Shown here piece after piece: positions 9,498-19,575 of a stretch of DNA of 64,000 bases. The notes beneath the pieces were generated by a model, which saw only the letters and a list, made by a program, of their open reading frames with translations, searched no databases and was not told where the DNA came from. This stretch comes from Candidatus Latescibacterota bacterium (GTDB lineage: Bacteria; Latescibacterota; UBA2968; UBA8231), in the NCBI GenBank assembly GCA_965248355.1, contig OZ252098.1, positions 4,480,001-4,544,000 on the forward strand. The letters run 5' to 3'. Within the stretch, counting starts at the first letter, position 1. Every line of letters starts with the position of its first letter. The position numbers and the translations under genes are program-made.

Positions 9498-9841
9498 TGC
9501 GAGCTCTCGCGGAACGGAGGAAGCGCCGTCCGGCGGGCATCGATCTCGGCGAAGAGGCCCTGACCATCCACTGGCAGGACGGCCGCGAGAGCCGTTACGA
9601 GCTGCAGGCCCTGCGCCTGCAGTGCCCCTGCGCGATCTGCCGGCAGAAGCGCGGCGAGCCCCACGGACCGCAGCTGGTCGGGGGGGTGGAACTGCCCATC
9701 GTCACCACCGAAGAGCTCACACCCACCTCCGAGGCCAGGGGCTTCGACCCCGTGGGCCGCTACGGCATCCGCATCCACTGGGCCGACGGCCACGAGGACG
9801 GCATCTACACCTTCGAGATGCTGCGCGGCCTCGACGGCTGA
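9497..9841 (+). CDS. DUF971 / gamma-butyrobetaine hydroxylase-like N-terminal domain protein
   Basis: W.DG, LRLQCPCAIC, VGRYGIRIHWADGH..GIYTF. Confidence 0.85.
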   Translation: MRALAERRKRRPAGIDLGEEALTIHWQDGRESRYELQALRLQCPCAICRQKRGEPHGPQLVGGVELPIVTTEELTPTSEARGFDPVGRYGIRIHWADGHEDGIYTFEMLRGLDG

Positions 9842-11919
9842 TCAGGCCCCTGCGCCGCCGGCTTCGGCAGCGGCGCCCGCCCGATCCACAACTCCAGCAG
9901 CAGCAGCACCAGCGCCAGGACCAGGCATTCCCGCCACAGCTCGCGCCCGTGGCGCAGGGCCAGGACGCGCTCCCCCACCGCGGTCTCGTCGTCGAGGAAG
10001 TGGAGGCTGGCGCCCGGCAGCCGCCGCCGGATCTCCTGCTCCGGCCAGGCCGAGAGGTCGGACTCGGCGGCGTCGACGTTGACGGCGAACTCGTCGCGCA
10101 CGCCGCCGTCGGGCCCGACCAGGCGCCAGATGCCCGCCTCCTCCAGCGGGGGCAGGGCCCAGCGCAGGTCCCCGAGAGAGGTCTCCGCCCGGATGAAGCG
10201 CCGGCGGCCGGAGGGCGCCTGCGCCTGCATGCGGTCGTCGACCCGGGAACCGGGAAGCCGCCGCCAGGCCCGGTCCCCCACCGTGTAGTCGGCGCCCCCC
10301 GCCGGCTGGGCGAGGTAGCGGCACAACCGGTGCAGGAGCGGCACGAAGGAGCCGCTCCGGGGCCAGTCGCTCCAGGCCAGGTCCAGCGGCACCGCCCACA
10401 GCAGGGCCCGCCCGTCGCCGGGACGGCCCTCGACCAGGGCGGGCTTGCCGTCGTCGAAGCGGGCGAGCACGGACAACTGGCGCCGGGTGACCAGGTCGAA
10501 GCGGGCCCGGAACCGGGGCCGGTCCCCGGACTCCGCCACCAGGCCGGCGAAGAGCCGGGCGTCGGCGCGGCTCGAGTCGAGGGCGACGTAGGCCTCCTCG
10601 CCCGGCCGCCCGGCGATCCCGGCCAGGGTGGCCGGCACGAGCCCCGGCAGCCAGTCCCGGTTGAGGCGGGCCAGGTCGGCCTGCGGGCCGGGCAGCAGCA
10701 GCAGTCCGCCGCCGGCCTCGACGAAGCGCCGCACCTGCCTGGCCAGCCTCGGGGGCGGGTCCTCCAGGTGGCACAGGACCAGCACGTCGACGCCGGCCAG
10801 GGCTTCCTCGTCGAGCTCTGGGAAGGTGACGGATTCCACCTGCAGGGCGGCGTCGCCGGTGGCCGCGGCGGCCAGCGCCCGGCGGGCGTAGTAGGTGTCG
10901 CCGCGGTCCGGCCCCGCCAGCAGCACGGAGATGCGGTCCGGCACGTGGAGGGTGAAGTGGCGGCGGTTGTCGAGGGGCAGGTCATCGGCCTCGACCTCCA
11001 CGAAGCCGGTGAGCCGGCCGCTGCGCCGCGGGGCGACCTCGAATTCCACCGCCGCCGTGCCCGACGCCGGCACCTGGACCCGCCGCCGCTGCACGCGCTC
11101 TCCATCGAGGAAGAGGTCCACGGAAAGGCGGGCCTCCCCGCCCCCGGACTGGCCCACCCGGGCGCCGATGTTCAGGCGCGTGCCGGGCGCGGCCAGCCAG
11201 CCGGCGGCGCCGACCTCGGCCACGTAGAGGTTGCGCCGTCTCCCGCCGGAGGGGGAGATGACGAACAGGGACTGCGGGTTCGTGCCGGAGAGGCCGGGGC
11301 GCATGTCCTCCCAGCCGGGCCGGGCGCGGTCCGTGAACAGGTAGATCTCGCCCCGCGCCGCCGGCGTCCGGGCCAGCTGCCGGCCCGCCGCCCGCAGGGC
11401 CCGCGACACGTCGGTGCCGGCCTCCCCCGGGGCGCGCGCGGCCAGACGCTCCCGCAGAAGGCGGACGGCCGAGGCGCGGTCGGCGGTGTCGGGGCGCGCG
11501 GCGAAGGGGATCACGCTGACCCGGTGGCGGCCGTCCTCGTACAGGGACAGGACCTCGTCGGCGCGCAGGCGCAGGCGGTCGAAGGCGCGTCCTCCGGGCG
11601 GGCTGTAGCGGGTGCTGAAGGAGTGGTCGAGGAGGAGCACGGCCGCGGCCGGCCGCGAACCTCCGAAGAGGCCGGCGCCCTCCTGCAGGGCGGGGCGGGC
11701 GCAGGCCAGGGCCAGGCAGGCGAAGGCGAGCATGCGCAGCAGCAGGACCAGCCACTGGCGCAGGCGCAGGCCGCGCATGTGGCTGAGGTGGACCTGCCGC
11801 AGGAAGCCGACGTTGCTGAAGGGGACGACCCGGGGCCGCCCGCGGTGCAGGAGGTGGACGGCGAGGGGGATGAGGGCCGCCGCCAGCCCGGCCAGGGCCA
11901 GGGGGTTGAGGAACTGCAA
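9805..11919 (-). CDS. BatA-domain / vWA membrane protein
   Basis: N-terminal FLNP...IPLAVHLL...FSNVGFL...LLLRML...ARP (BatA), LDHSFS MIDAS-like motif, C-terminal AVN...ESDL and ELW TM segment. Confidence 0.85.
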   Translation of the reverse strand: MQFLNPLALAGLAAALIPLAVHLLHRGRPRVVPFSNVGFLRQVHLSHMRGLRLRQWLVLLLRMLAFACLALACARPALQEGAGLFGGSRPAAAVLLLDHSFSTRYSPPGGRAFDRLRLRADEVLSLYEDGRHRVSVIPFAARPDTADRASAVRLLRERLAARAPGEAGTDVSRALRAAGRQLARTPAARGEIYLFTDRARPGWEDMRPGLSGTNPQSLFVISPSGGRRRNLYVAEVGAAGWLAAPGTRLNIGARVGQSGGGEARLSVDLFLDGERVQRRRVQVPASGTAAVEFEVAPRRSGRLTGFVEVEADDLPLDNRRHFTLHVPDRISVLLAGPDRGDTYYARRALAAAATGDAALQVESVTFPELDEEALAGVDVLVLCHLEDPPPRLARQVRRFVEAGGGLLLLPGPQADLARLNRDWLPGLVPATLAGIAGRPGEEAYVALDSSRADARLFAGLVAESGDRPRFRARFDLVTRRQLSVLARFDDGKPALVEGRPGDGRALLWAVPLDLAWSDWPRSGSFVPLLHRLCRYLAQPAGGADYTVGDRAWRRLPGSRVDDRMQAQAPSGRRRFIRAETSLGDLRWALPPLEEAGIWRLVGPDGGVRDEFAVNVDAAESDLSAWPEQEIRRRLPGASLHFLDDETAVGERVLALRHGRELWRECLVLALVLLLLELWIGRAPLPKPAAQGPDQPSRPRSISKV

Positions 11920-11934
11920 GGGGGGGCGCCGCCG

Positions 11935-12408
11935 CTACCCGGCGGGCGGGTGGCTCTTCTCTTCTTCTCCGATGACCTCGAGGATCTCCTCGGAGGTCCC
12001 GGCCTCGATCAGCTTCTTCTTGAACCTGTCGTTCTTCAACATGCGGGAGATGCGGGCCAGGGCCTTGATGTGGGGGCCCGAGATGCTGGCGGGCGAGACC
12101 AGGAGGAAGAAGACGAAGGTCGGCTCGCCGTCGAGGGCCTCGAAGTAGACGCCGCGCTTGTGGATGCCGAGGGCGGCGGCGAGCTCGATGACGGCATCGG
12201 ACTTGCCGTGGGGGATGGCGATCCCGTCGCCGATGCCGGTGCTCATGATCTTCTCGCGATCGAGCACGGCCTGGAGCACCTTGTCCCGGTCGGTGATGGA
12301 GGCGTCGACCTCGAGCGAGTCGACGAGCTCCTCGATGATGTCGTCCTTGGTCTCCCCCTTCAGGCCGACGATGGCCGCCTTGACGGAGAGGATATCCAGC
12401 AGGCTCAT
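11935..12408 (-). CDS. PTS IIA component (fructose/nitrogen-regulatory type)
   Basis: REKIMSTGIGDGIAIPHGK phospho-His motif, F.ALDGEP, HIKALARISR; start taken at MSLLDIL. Confidence 0.9.
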   Translation of the reverse strand: MSLLDILSVKAAIVGLKGETKDDIIEELVDSLEVDASITDRDKVLQAVLDREKIMSTGIGDGIAIPHGKSDAVIELAAALGIHKRGVYFEALDGEPTFVFFLLVSPASISGPHIKALARISRMLKNDRFKKKLIEAGTSEEILEVIGEEEKSHPPAG

Positions 12409-12632
12409 GACCCTCCACATCATCCGTTACGGGTCCGGACCCCCGCGCGGCGCCGGTCCCTTCGGGCCTCTTCGGCCGAGGGGCTCGGGCCGTGCGCACC
12501 ACGGTTTTTCAATATAGGCCATCCCCCGGAAAGCGGCTACAGGGCGCGGACCTCGCGGCGGTTTGAGCCGGCCCCGGCGGAGACCTAGTTTCCCGGCGCG
12601 CCCGCCCCCCCCTCCTTCCCGCCTTCCCGCAG

Positions 12633-13958
12633 ATGACGAGACCGCTGCAGGCCACCCCGGCCCCGCCTCCCCGGACCGTTCTGTTCGTCGCCTACCACTA
12701 CCCGCCCATGCGGTCGCCGGGGGTGGAGCGCTCGGCCCGGTTCACCCGCTACCTGCCGGAGTTCGGCTACCGGCCCCGGGTGGTGGGCACGGGCGCCTTC
12801 GGGACTTCGGCGGACGGGGTGATCCGCGCCTGGGAACCCCTGGCCCTCTACCGGCGCCTCTTCAACCCCGCCGCCCGCAAGAAAGGTCCCGCGGCGACCC
12901 GCACCCGCACCCGGGGCCCCCTGGCCGGCCTCTCGGCGCGGGCGCGGCGCTCGCTGCTGGTTCCCGACGGACAGATCACCTGGGTCCCGGGGGCCGCTCT
13001 CGCGGCGCTGCGCTGGGTGCGGCGGCACGGGGCCGACCTGATCTACACGACCAGCCCGCCGGCCTCGGCGCACCTGCTCGGCGGGCTGCTGAAGGCGCAG
13101 ACGGGGTTGCCGTGGATCGCCGACTTCCGCGACGCCTGGCTCTACGACCCCCTGGACCCGGTCCTGCTGGAGAGGCCCTTCCGGCGCGAGCTGGAGCGCC
13201 GTCTCGAGGAACGGGTGCTCACCGAGGCCGATGCCGTGATCACGGCGACGCGGACCACGGCCGAGGACTTCGTGTGCCGCTACCCGGCGGCGGCCCCCAA
13301 GGTGCGCGTCATCACCAACGGTTTCGACCCGGCCGACGAGGAGCCGCCGCCAGACGAGGCCGGCCCGCAGATCGCGCCTGTCCCCGGACGCCTGATCCTG
13401 GTGCACACGGGCAGCTTCGCCTACAGCCATCCACGCCGCTCCATCGCGCCCCTGGAGCGGGCCCTGCGCCGGCTGGTGGACACCGAGCCGGTGTGGTGCG
13501 ACCGCCTCGAGCTGATCCTGGTGGGAGAGCTGTCGCCTGCCGAGCAGGCCGCCGTGGCGGCCCTGGCCGACCTCGGCGTGGTGCGCCTCACCGGGGCCGT
13601 CGACCGCGCCGCGGCCCTGGCCTTCCAGCGGCGCGCCGACGTGCTGCTCCTCGTGGACCACCCGAGGCCCTGGCCCGCCTCCAACGCCCCGGGCAAGCTC
13701 TTCGAGTACCTCGCCGCCGGCCAGCCGATCCTCGCCCTGTGCGGCGAGGGGGAGGTGCGGCGCACGGTGGACGAGCTGGGGGCCGGCCTGTGCGCTCCCC
13801 CGGACGACACGGACGGCATCGAGCAGGCCCTGCGGCGGCTCTGGTCCGGCTGGCGGGAGGGGTCCCTGCCGAGGGCGGGCGCGGGCCTGGAGCGGTTCCA
13901 CCGGCGCGAGCTGACACGCCAGCTGGCGGCGTGCTTCGACGAGGTCCTCGGCGCTTGA
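12633..13958 (+). CDS. Glycosyltransferase family 4
   Basis: VAYHYPP, YTTSPP, WIADFRD.W, VITNGFD, PGKLFEYLAAG.PI. Confidence 0.88.
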   Translation: MTRPLQATPAPPPRTVLFVAYHYPPMRSPGVERSARFTRYLPEFGYRPRVVGTGAFGTSADGVIRAWEPLALYRRLFNPAARKKGPAATRTRTRGPLAGLSARARRSLLVPDGQITWVPGAALAALRWVRRHGADLIYTTSPPASAHLLGGLLKAQTGLPWIADFRDAWLYDPLDPVLLERPFRRELERRLEERVLTEADAVITATRTTAEDFVCRYPAAAPKVRVITNGFDPADEEPPPDEAGPQIAPVPGRLILVHTGSFAYSHPRRSIAPLERALRRLVDTEPVWCDRLELILVGELSPAEQAAVAALADLGVVRLTGAVDRAAALAFQRRADVLLLVDHPRPWPASNAPGKLFEYLAAGQPILALCGEGEVRRTVDELGAGLCAPPDDTDGIEQALRRLWSGWREGSLPRAGAGLERFHRRELTRQLAACFDEVLGA

Positions 13959-15232
13959 GCCGCCGTCTCCGGATGGGCTGGACCCCGTGGCTCTTCGCCG
14001 GGGCCGCGGCGCTGCGCATCCTCTACGTGACCCTCGCCCCCGAGGCGCCCCCCCAGGACACCCCCGACTACGACGAGATCGCCCGCAACCTGCTCTCCGG
14101 GGCGGGGTTCGTCTCCCAGGAGAACTGGTTCGGACACCCCGTGCGCTCCTGGCGCGCCCCGGGCTATCCGCTGCTGCTGGCCGCCGTCTACGGGGTCGCC
14201 GGCCCCGGGCACCTGGCGGTGAAGCTGGTTCAGGCGGTCCTGGGTGCGGTCACGGTGCTGTTCGTCTACCTGCTGGCGCGGCGGCTGCGCCCCGCCGCGG
14301 CGCCCCTGGCCGGCCTCGCCGCCGCCCTCTACCCCCCGCTGGTGGCCGGCGCCAACGAGGTGATGAGCGAGTGCCTGTTCACCACCCTGCTGGTGGCCGC
14401 CCTCTGGGCCGTGGTGGAGAGCCGCCACCGGCGCAGCCTCAGCGGGGCCTTCGGCGCCGGGGTGCTGATCGCCCTGGCCGGCCTCACCCGGCCGGTGGGC
14501 CTGCTCGCGGCGCCCGCCGTGCTGGCCGTGGCCGCCTGGGCGGACCGGGCCGCGCTCATGGCCTGGCTGCGCCGATGGGCCCTTCCCCTTGGCGCCGGTC
14601 TCGTGGTGGCCGTGGCGCCGTGGACGGCGCGCAACGGCCTGGTCCACGGCGCCTTCGTCCCCGTCTCCACCCACGGCGGCTTCATCGTCGCCCGCAGCAA
14701 CGCCGACCACCCGGACTGGCGGCGGCCCGACGGCTGGCGCATCGACCGCGCCCTCTTCGAGGCCGTGCCCGGGGAGGTGGAGCGGGACCGGCGCTGGTGG
14801 CGGCAGGGCCTGGGCTGGATCGCCGCCCACCCCCTCGCCTACCTGCGGCTGGCGGGCGAGCGCTTCCTGCGGTTCTGGTACTTCTTCCAGCCCGGGTACA
14901 ACGCCGCCTTCGTGCTGGCGGCCCCCTTCTGGGTCTACGGACTGCTCCGCTGGGGGCGAAGTCCGGGATTCCACCACCCGGCGGCCGTCTGCGCCGTCTC
15001 GGTGGCCGTCTTCTGCCTGGTCCTCTACGGCTCGACGCGCTTTCGCCTGCCCCTGGAGCCGTTCCTCCTGGTCTTCGCCGCCGCCGCCGCCCACGAGGGC
15101 TGGCGCCGCCGGGGCCGTCCCTTCGCCGCGGCCTGCGGCGCCTGGGCGGCGCTGCAGGGCCTGGTCTGGTGGCAGGAGGAGGCCGCCCGGTCCGCGGTGA
15201 TCGCGGTCCTCGAGGCGGGAGGCCTGCGGTGA
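13955..15232 (+). CDS. Multi-pass membrane glycosyltransferase (GT-C, ArnT/PMT-like)
   Basis: D..DY..IA.NL, R.PGYP, SE.LF, LTRP, PW..RN, RFRLP; many hydrophobic segments; start TTG 13955 or ATG 13973. Confidence 0.8.
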   Translation: MSRRLRMGWTPWLFAGAAALRILYVTLAPEAPPQDTPDYDEIARNLLSGAGFVSQENWFGHPVRSWRAPGYPLLLAAVYGVAGPGHLAVKLVQAVLGAVTVLFVYLLARRLRPAAAPLAGLAAALYPPLVAGANEVMSECLFTTLLVAALWAVVESRHRRSLSGAFGAGVLIALAGLTRPVGLLAAPAVLAVAAWADRAALMAWLRRWALPLGAGLVVAVAPWTARNGLVHGAFVPVSTHGGFIVARSNADHPDWRRPDGWRIDRALFEAVPGEVERDRRWWRQGLGWIAAHPLAYLRLAGERFLRFWYFFQPGYNAAFVLAAPFWVYGLLRWGRSPGFHHPAAVCAVSVAVFCLVLYGSTRFRLPLEPFLLVFAAAAAHEGWRRRGRPFAAACGAWAALQGLVWWQEEAARSAVIAVLEAGGLR

Positions 15233-16191
15233 GCGCCCCCGAGCTGTCGATCTCGATCGTCAGCTGGAACACCCGGGAGCTGCTGCGGGACTGCCTGCGC
15301 TCGGTCTGCGGGGATCCGCGCAGCGCGGCGTGGGAGCTGTTCGTCGTCGACAACGGCTCGCGCGACGGCAGCGCCGACATGGTGGAGGAGAGCTTCCCGG
15401 GGGTGGAGGTCATCCGCAGCCGCGAGAACCTCGGGTTCAGCGGCGGCCACAACCTCGCCCTCGCCCGGGCCCGCGGACGCCACCTGCTGATCCTCAACTC
15501 CGACACCCGCGTCGACCCGGGGGCCCTCGGCGGGATGGTCGACTTCGCCGACGGGAACCCCGGCGTGGGGGCGGTCGGCCCGCGCCTGGAAGACGGCGGC
15601 GGAAGCCTTGAGCGCTCCTGGGGGCGAAGCCCGGGGGCGATCTCCCTGATCGGGCATAAGCTGTTGTTGCACAGACTGTTCCCCTTCCATAGATTGGCCC
15701 GGAGGCGGCCTCCCGAGGGCCGCGACGTGGGCTGGGTCACGGGGGCCTGCCTCCTGGTCCGGCGGCAGGCCGCGAGCGCCGCCGGGCTGCTCGACGACGG
15801 CATGTTCATGTGCCACGAAGACGTGGAGTGGTGCATGCGCCTGCGCCACGCGGGCTGGCGCGTCGTCTACCTGCCCCGGAGCCGGGTCGTTCACCTCGAA
15901 GGCCGCAGCATCCGCCAGCGCCTGGGGGAGATGCTCGTCGTGAGCCAGCAGAGCCAGTACTACCTGTTCCAGAAACACTTCGGCCGCGTCCGGCTGCACG
16001 CCCTGCGCCTGCTCACCGCCATGGAGATGATCCTGCGCACCGTCTTGTGGTCCCTGCTCTGGCTGGGACGCCCCCTCTCCCGGGGCGAGGCGCGGGACCG
16101 CCTGGGCGCCTACCGCCGCATCCTGTGGCGCACCCTCGCCGACCGCAGCTACTGGGCGCCGCGGGACCCGAGGCCCGGAGGCGCTTCTTGA
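15229..16191 (+). CDS. Glycosyltransferase family 2 (WbbL-like)
   Basis: IVSWNTRELL..CL, VVDNGSRDGS, ENLGF, LNSD, WVTGACLL, FM..EDVEWC.R. Confidence 0.9.
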   Translation: MSAPELSISIVSWNTRELLRDCLRSVCGDPRSAAWELFVVDNGSRDGSADMVEESFPGVEVIRSRENLGFSGGHNLALARARGRHLLILNSDTRVDPGALGGMVDFADGNPGVGAVGPRLEDGGGSLERSWGRSPGAISLIGHKLLLHRLFPFHRLARRRPPEGRDVGWVTGACLLVRRQAASAAGLLDDGMFMCHEDVEWCMRLRHAGWRVVYLPRSRVVHLEGRSIRQRLGEMLVVSQQSQYYLFQKHFGRVRLHALRLLTAMEMILRTVLWSLLWLGRPLSRGEARDRLGAYRRILWRTLADRSYWAPRDPRPGGAS

Positions 16192-17339
16192 CCGACCGCA
16201 TCCAGCTCTTCCGTCCCGCCTTCGGCGACGCCGAGAAGGCCGCCCTGTGCGAGACCATGGACAGCCGGTGGGTGGGCCGGGGGCCGCGCAGCATCCGCTT
16301 CGAGGAGCGCTTCGCCGAGTACATCGGCGCGCGCCACGCGGTGGCCCTCAACTCGGCCACGGCGGCCCTGCACATGGGGCTCCTCTGCGCCGAGGTCGAG
16401 GGCCAGGAGGTCCTCACCAGCTCCCTGACCTGGGTCTCCTCGACCCAGGCCATCCTGCTGGCCGGCGGCCGGCCCGTGTTCTGCGACATCGAGCCCGACA
16501 CGCTGAACATCAGCGTCGACGACGTGGCCCGGAAGATCACGCCCACCACGAGGGCCATCGTCGTCACCCACTACGGCGGCCAGTCCTGCCACATGGACCC
16601 CATCCTGGAGCTGGCCGCCGCCCACGGACTGACCGTGGTCGAGGACGCCGCCCACGGGTGCGGGGGCCGCTACAAGGACCGCCGGCTCGGCTCCCTCGGC
16701 GACGTGGGCTGCTTCAGCTTCCAGGCGACCAAGAACATGACCACCGGCGACGGGGGCATGCTGGTCACCGACGACGACGCCCTCGCCGGCCGGGTGCGCA
16801 AGCTGCGCTGGTGCGGCATCACCCGGCCCACGTGGGAGCGCTTCCGGCCGGGGCAGCCCAAGCGCTCGTGGATGTACGAGGTCGAGGAGGTGGGCTGGAA
16901 GTACGAGATGAACGACCTGGCCGCCGCCCTCGGGCTGGCGCAGATGGACAACCTGGAGGCCAACAACCAGCGGCGGCGGGAGCTGATGACCCGCTACCGC
17001 GAGGCCTTCGCCGGAGTCGAGGGCGTCGACTGTCTCGCGGCCCGGGGGTACGCCCTCAGCGCCTGCTACAACGCCGTCATCCAGGTCGACGACCGCGACG
17101 GCCTCTACGCCCACCTCGACGCCTCGGGGATCGACTCCAACGTCCACTTCTACCCCAACCACCTCTACCGGCTCTTCCGCCCCTACACGACCCGCCTCCC
17201 TGTGACCGAGCGGGTGTGGCAGCGCATCCTGTCCATCCCCCTCTACCCGGGACTGTCCGACGAGCAGCAGGACCGTGTCATCGGGGCGGTGCGCGCCTTC
17301 GCCGGGGGCGAGCGCCGGCAACCGGCCGCGGCGGGCTAG
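16188..17339 (+). CDS. DegT/DnrJ/EryC1/StrS family sugar aminotransferase
   Basis: NSATAALH, VEDAAH, FSFQATKNMTTGDGGM (PLP lysine), GWKYEM.D. Confidence 0.93.
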   Translation: MTDRIQLFRPAFGDAEKAALCETMDSRWVGRGPRSIRFEERFAEYIGARHAVALNSATAALHMGLLCAEVEGQEVLTSSLTWVSSTQAILLAGGRPVFCDIEPDTLNISVDDVARKITPTTRAIVVTHYGGQSCHMDPILELAAAHGLTVVEDAAHGCGGRYKDRRLGSLGDVGCFSFQATKNMTTGDGGMLVTDDDALAGRVRKLRWCGITRPTWERFRPGQPKRSWMYEVEEVGWKYEMNDLAAALGLAQMDNLEANNQRRRELMTRYREAFAGVEGVDCLAARGYALSACYNAVIQVDDRDGLYAHLDASGIDSNVHFYPNHLYRLFRPYTTRLPVTERVWQRILSIPLYPGLSDEQQDRVIGAVRAFAGGERRQPAAAG

Positions 17340-18467
17340 TGTCGCGTCCGACAAATGAGTTGTAAAAACAGAGTCAAGGCCTTATCTTCAGGCCATGGCC
17401 CGCCCGGTGTCCCGCCTTGAGTTGACCGCGTCCGAGCGACAGGAGTTGGAGCGTCGCGTCAGGGCCCCCTCCGCGTCCCAGCGCGACAGCCTGCGCGCGG
17501 CCATCGTCCTGCGCCGGGCCGAAGGGATCAAGCAGGTGCAGGTGGCCGCCGAGTTGGGCGCCAGTGTGGCGTGTGTGAACAAGTGGTCGCAACGCTTTGA
17601 TCGCGAGGGTTTGGCGGGACTGAACGACGCCAAGGGCCGGGGCCGGCCGGCGAGCTTGCCGGCGGACAAGGTCGAGCAGGTCCTCACCGCGGTCACGCAG
17701 CCGCCGAAGCCGCGCACGCGCTGGAGCGTGCGCTCGATGGGGAAGGCCAACGACATCAAGCCCCATTTGACCAAGACCTTCAAGGTCTCCACGGACCCGC
17801 ACTTCGAGGAAAAATTCTGGGACGTGATCGGGCTCTACCTGGATCCCCCCGAGCGCGCGCTGGTGCTGTGCTGTGACGAGAAGAGCCAGTGCCAGGCGCT
17901 GGAACGGACCCAGCCGGGCTTGCCGCTGGGGATCGGCGACATCCGCACCCGGACCCACGATTACAAGCGCCACGGTACGATCACCTTGTTCGCCGCGCTC
18001 AACTACCTCGACGGCAAGCTCATCGCGCGTCTGGAGGCGCGTCATACCCACGTCGAATGGCTCCGCTTTCTCAAGCAGATCGACCGCGAGACGCCCAAGA
18101 ACCTGTCGCTGCACCTGATCGTGGACAACGCCGGCCCCCACAAGGAGGAGAGCGTGCAGCATTGGTTGTCTCGGCATCGGCGCTTCCATGTCCATTTCAT
18201 CCCCACCAGTTCCTCCTGGATGAACTTGGTCGAACGGTTCTTCGGCGAGCTGACGCAGGATGTGATTCGGGACGGCAGCTTTGCCAGCGTCGGGGAGTTG
18301 GTGCGCGACATCGAAGCCTACTTGGCGCAGCGGAACTTGGCCCCCAAACCCTACCGCTGGAAGGCCGACGGCGAGACCATCCTGCGCAAGATCCAGCGCG
18401 CTCGGGAGACGGTGGCGGCGACATCGGACAGCCCTTGTTGATTCTTCTTAATTCTCGGACGGGACAC
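17339..18467 (+). mobile_element. IS630-family insertion sequence
   Basis: Imperfect terminal inverted repeats GTGTCGCGTCCGACAAATGAG (left) and reverse complement of the right end GTGTCCCGTCCGAGAATTAAG; TA duplicated at 17337-17338 and 18468-18469 within CTAG. Confidence 0.92.
17395..18441 (+). CDS. IS630 family DDE transposase
   Basis: N-terminal HTH, DVIGLYLDPP, CDEKSQCQAL, HDYKRHGT, IVDN, SSWMNLVERFF. Confidence 0.95.
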   Translation: MARPVSRLELTASERQELERRVRAPSASQRDSLRAAIVLRRAEGIKQVQVAAELGASVACVNKWSQRFDREGLAGLNDAKGRGRPASLPADKVEQVLTAVTQPPKPRTRWSVRSMGKANDIKPHLTKTFKVSTDPHFEEKFWDVIGLYLDPPERALVLCCDEKSQCQALERTQPGLPLGIGDIRTRTHDYKRHGTITLFAALNYLDGKLIARLEARHTHVEWLRFLKQIDRETPKNLSLHLIVDNAGPHKEESVQHWLSRHRRFHVHFIPTSSSWMNLVERFFGELTQDVIRDGSFASVGELVRDIEAYLAQRNLAPKPYRWKADGETILRKIQRARETVAATSDSPC

Positions 18468-18489
18468 TAGGCACCGGTCCGCCCGGGCC

Positions 18490-19575
18490 GTGCGCGTCCT
18501 GTTCGTCACCAAGTACGGCCCGGGCGCGGCCAGCAGCCGCACCCGCGTCTTCCAGTACCTGCCCTATCTGCGGTCCCACGGCGTCGACTGCGAGGTCCTC
18601 ACCGTGCTGCCCGACGCGGCCCTGGCCGGCTCGCAGCTGGAGGCCGCCCGCCGGCCCCTGGCCAAGGCCCTCTACTACCTGCGCGCCGCCTGGCGCAACG
18701 CCGCCTGCGGCCTGCGGGCCTGGCGCCGCGCCCGGGGCGCCGACGTCCTGTTCCTGCAGAAGGTCATCTTCCCGGCGCCGGTGCGCTGGCTTCTGGGCCG
18801 GACCCGCGTGCCCGTGGCCTACGACTTCGACGACGCCATCTTCACCACCGAGGAGCGCTCCGGCGGCCTGCTGGCCCGCTGGCGGGAGCGCCGCAGCGCC
18901 GCCGGCCTGCCGGCCATGCTCCGGCTGGCCCGCCGGGCCGTGGTGGAGAATCCCTACACCGGCGATTTCGCCGGCCGCTACGGCCCGGTGCTGACCATCA
19001 CCGGGCCCATCGACACAGCCCCCTTTCTCGGGATCCGCCGCAACGGGCCGACGGCGCCGGTGGTGCTCGGCTGGATCGGCAGCGCCTCCACCGCGGCCTA
19101 CCTGGACCTCATCGGCGCTCCCCTGCGGCGGCTGGCGAGCCAGGAGCCGGTGCGGGTCTGCGTGGTGGGGGCGGAGTGGAGCCTCGACGGGGTGGAGGTC
19201 GAGTGCCGGCCGTGGCGGCTGGAGCGGGAGGCGGAGGACCTGGGCGGCTGGGAGATCGGCCTCATGCCGCTGCCCGACGACCCGTGGACCCGGGGGAAGG
19301 GGGGCTACAAGCTGCTGCAGTACATGGCCGCCGGGCTGCCGGTGGTGGCCCATCCGGTGGGGGTGAACGAGGAGATCGTGGTCGACGGCGAGACCGGGTT
19401 CCTGGCCGCCGACGCGGCGGCCTGGGAGTCCGCGCTCCTCAGGCTGATCCGCGAGCCGGCCTTGCGCCGGAGCTTCGGCGAGCGCGGCCGGCAGCGCGTG
19501 GAGGAGCGCTACGGCCTGGCCGTGCACGCGCCACGGCTGCTGGGCATGCTGCGAGAGCTCGGGGCCTCCCGGTGA
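18490..19575 (+). CDS. Glycosyltransferase family 4
   Basis: ASSRTRVFQY, YDFDDAIF, GWIGS, GKGGYKLLQYMAAGLPVV..PVGVN. Confidence 0.9.
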   Translation: MRVLFVTKYGPGAASSRTRVFQYLPYLRSHGVDCEVLTVLPDAALAGSQLEAARRPLAKALYYLRAAWRNAACGLRAWRRARGADVLFLQKVIFPAPVRWLLGRTRVPVAYDFDDAIFTTEERSGGLLARWRERRSAAGLPAMLRLARRAVVENPYTGDFAGRYGPVLTITGPIDTAPFLGIRRNGPTAPVVLGWIGSASTAAYLDLIGAPLRRLASQEPVRVCVVGAEWSLDGVEVECRPWRLEREAEDLGGWEIGLMPLPDDPWTRGKGGYKLLQYMAAGLPVVAHPVGVNEEIVVDGETGFLAADAAAWESALLRLIREPALRRSFGERGRQRVEERYGLAVHAPRLLGMLRELGASR

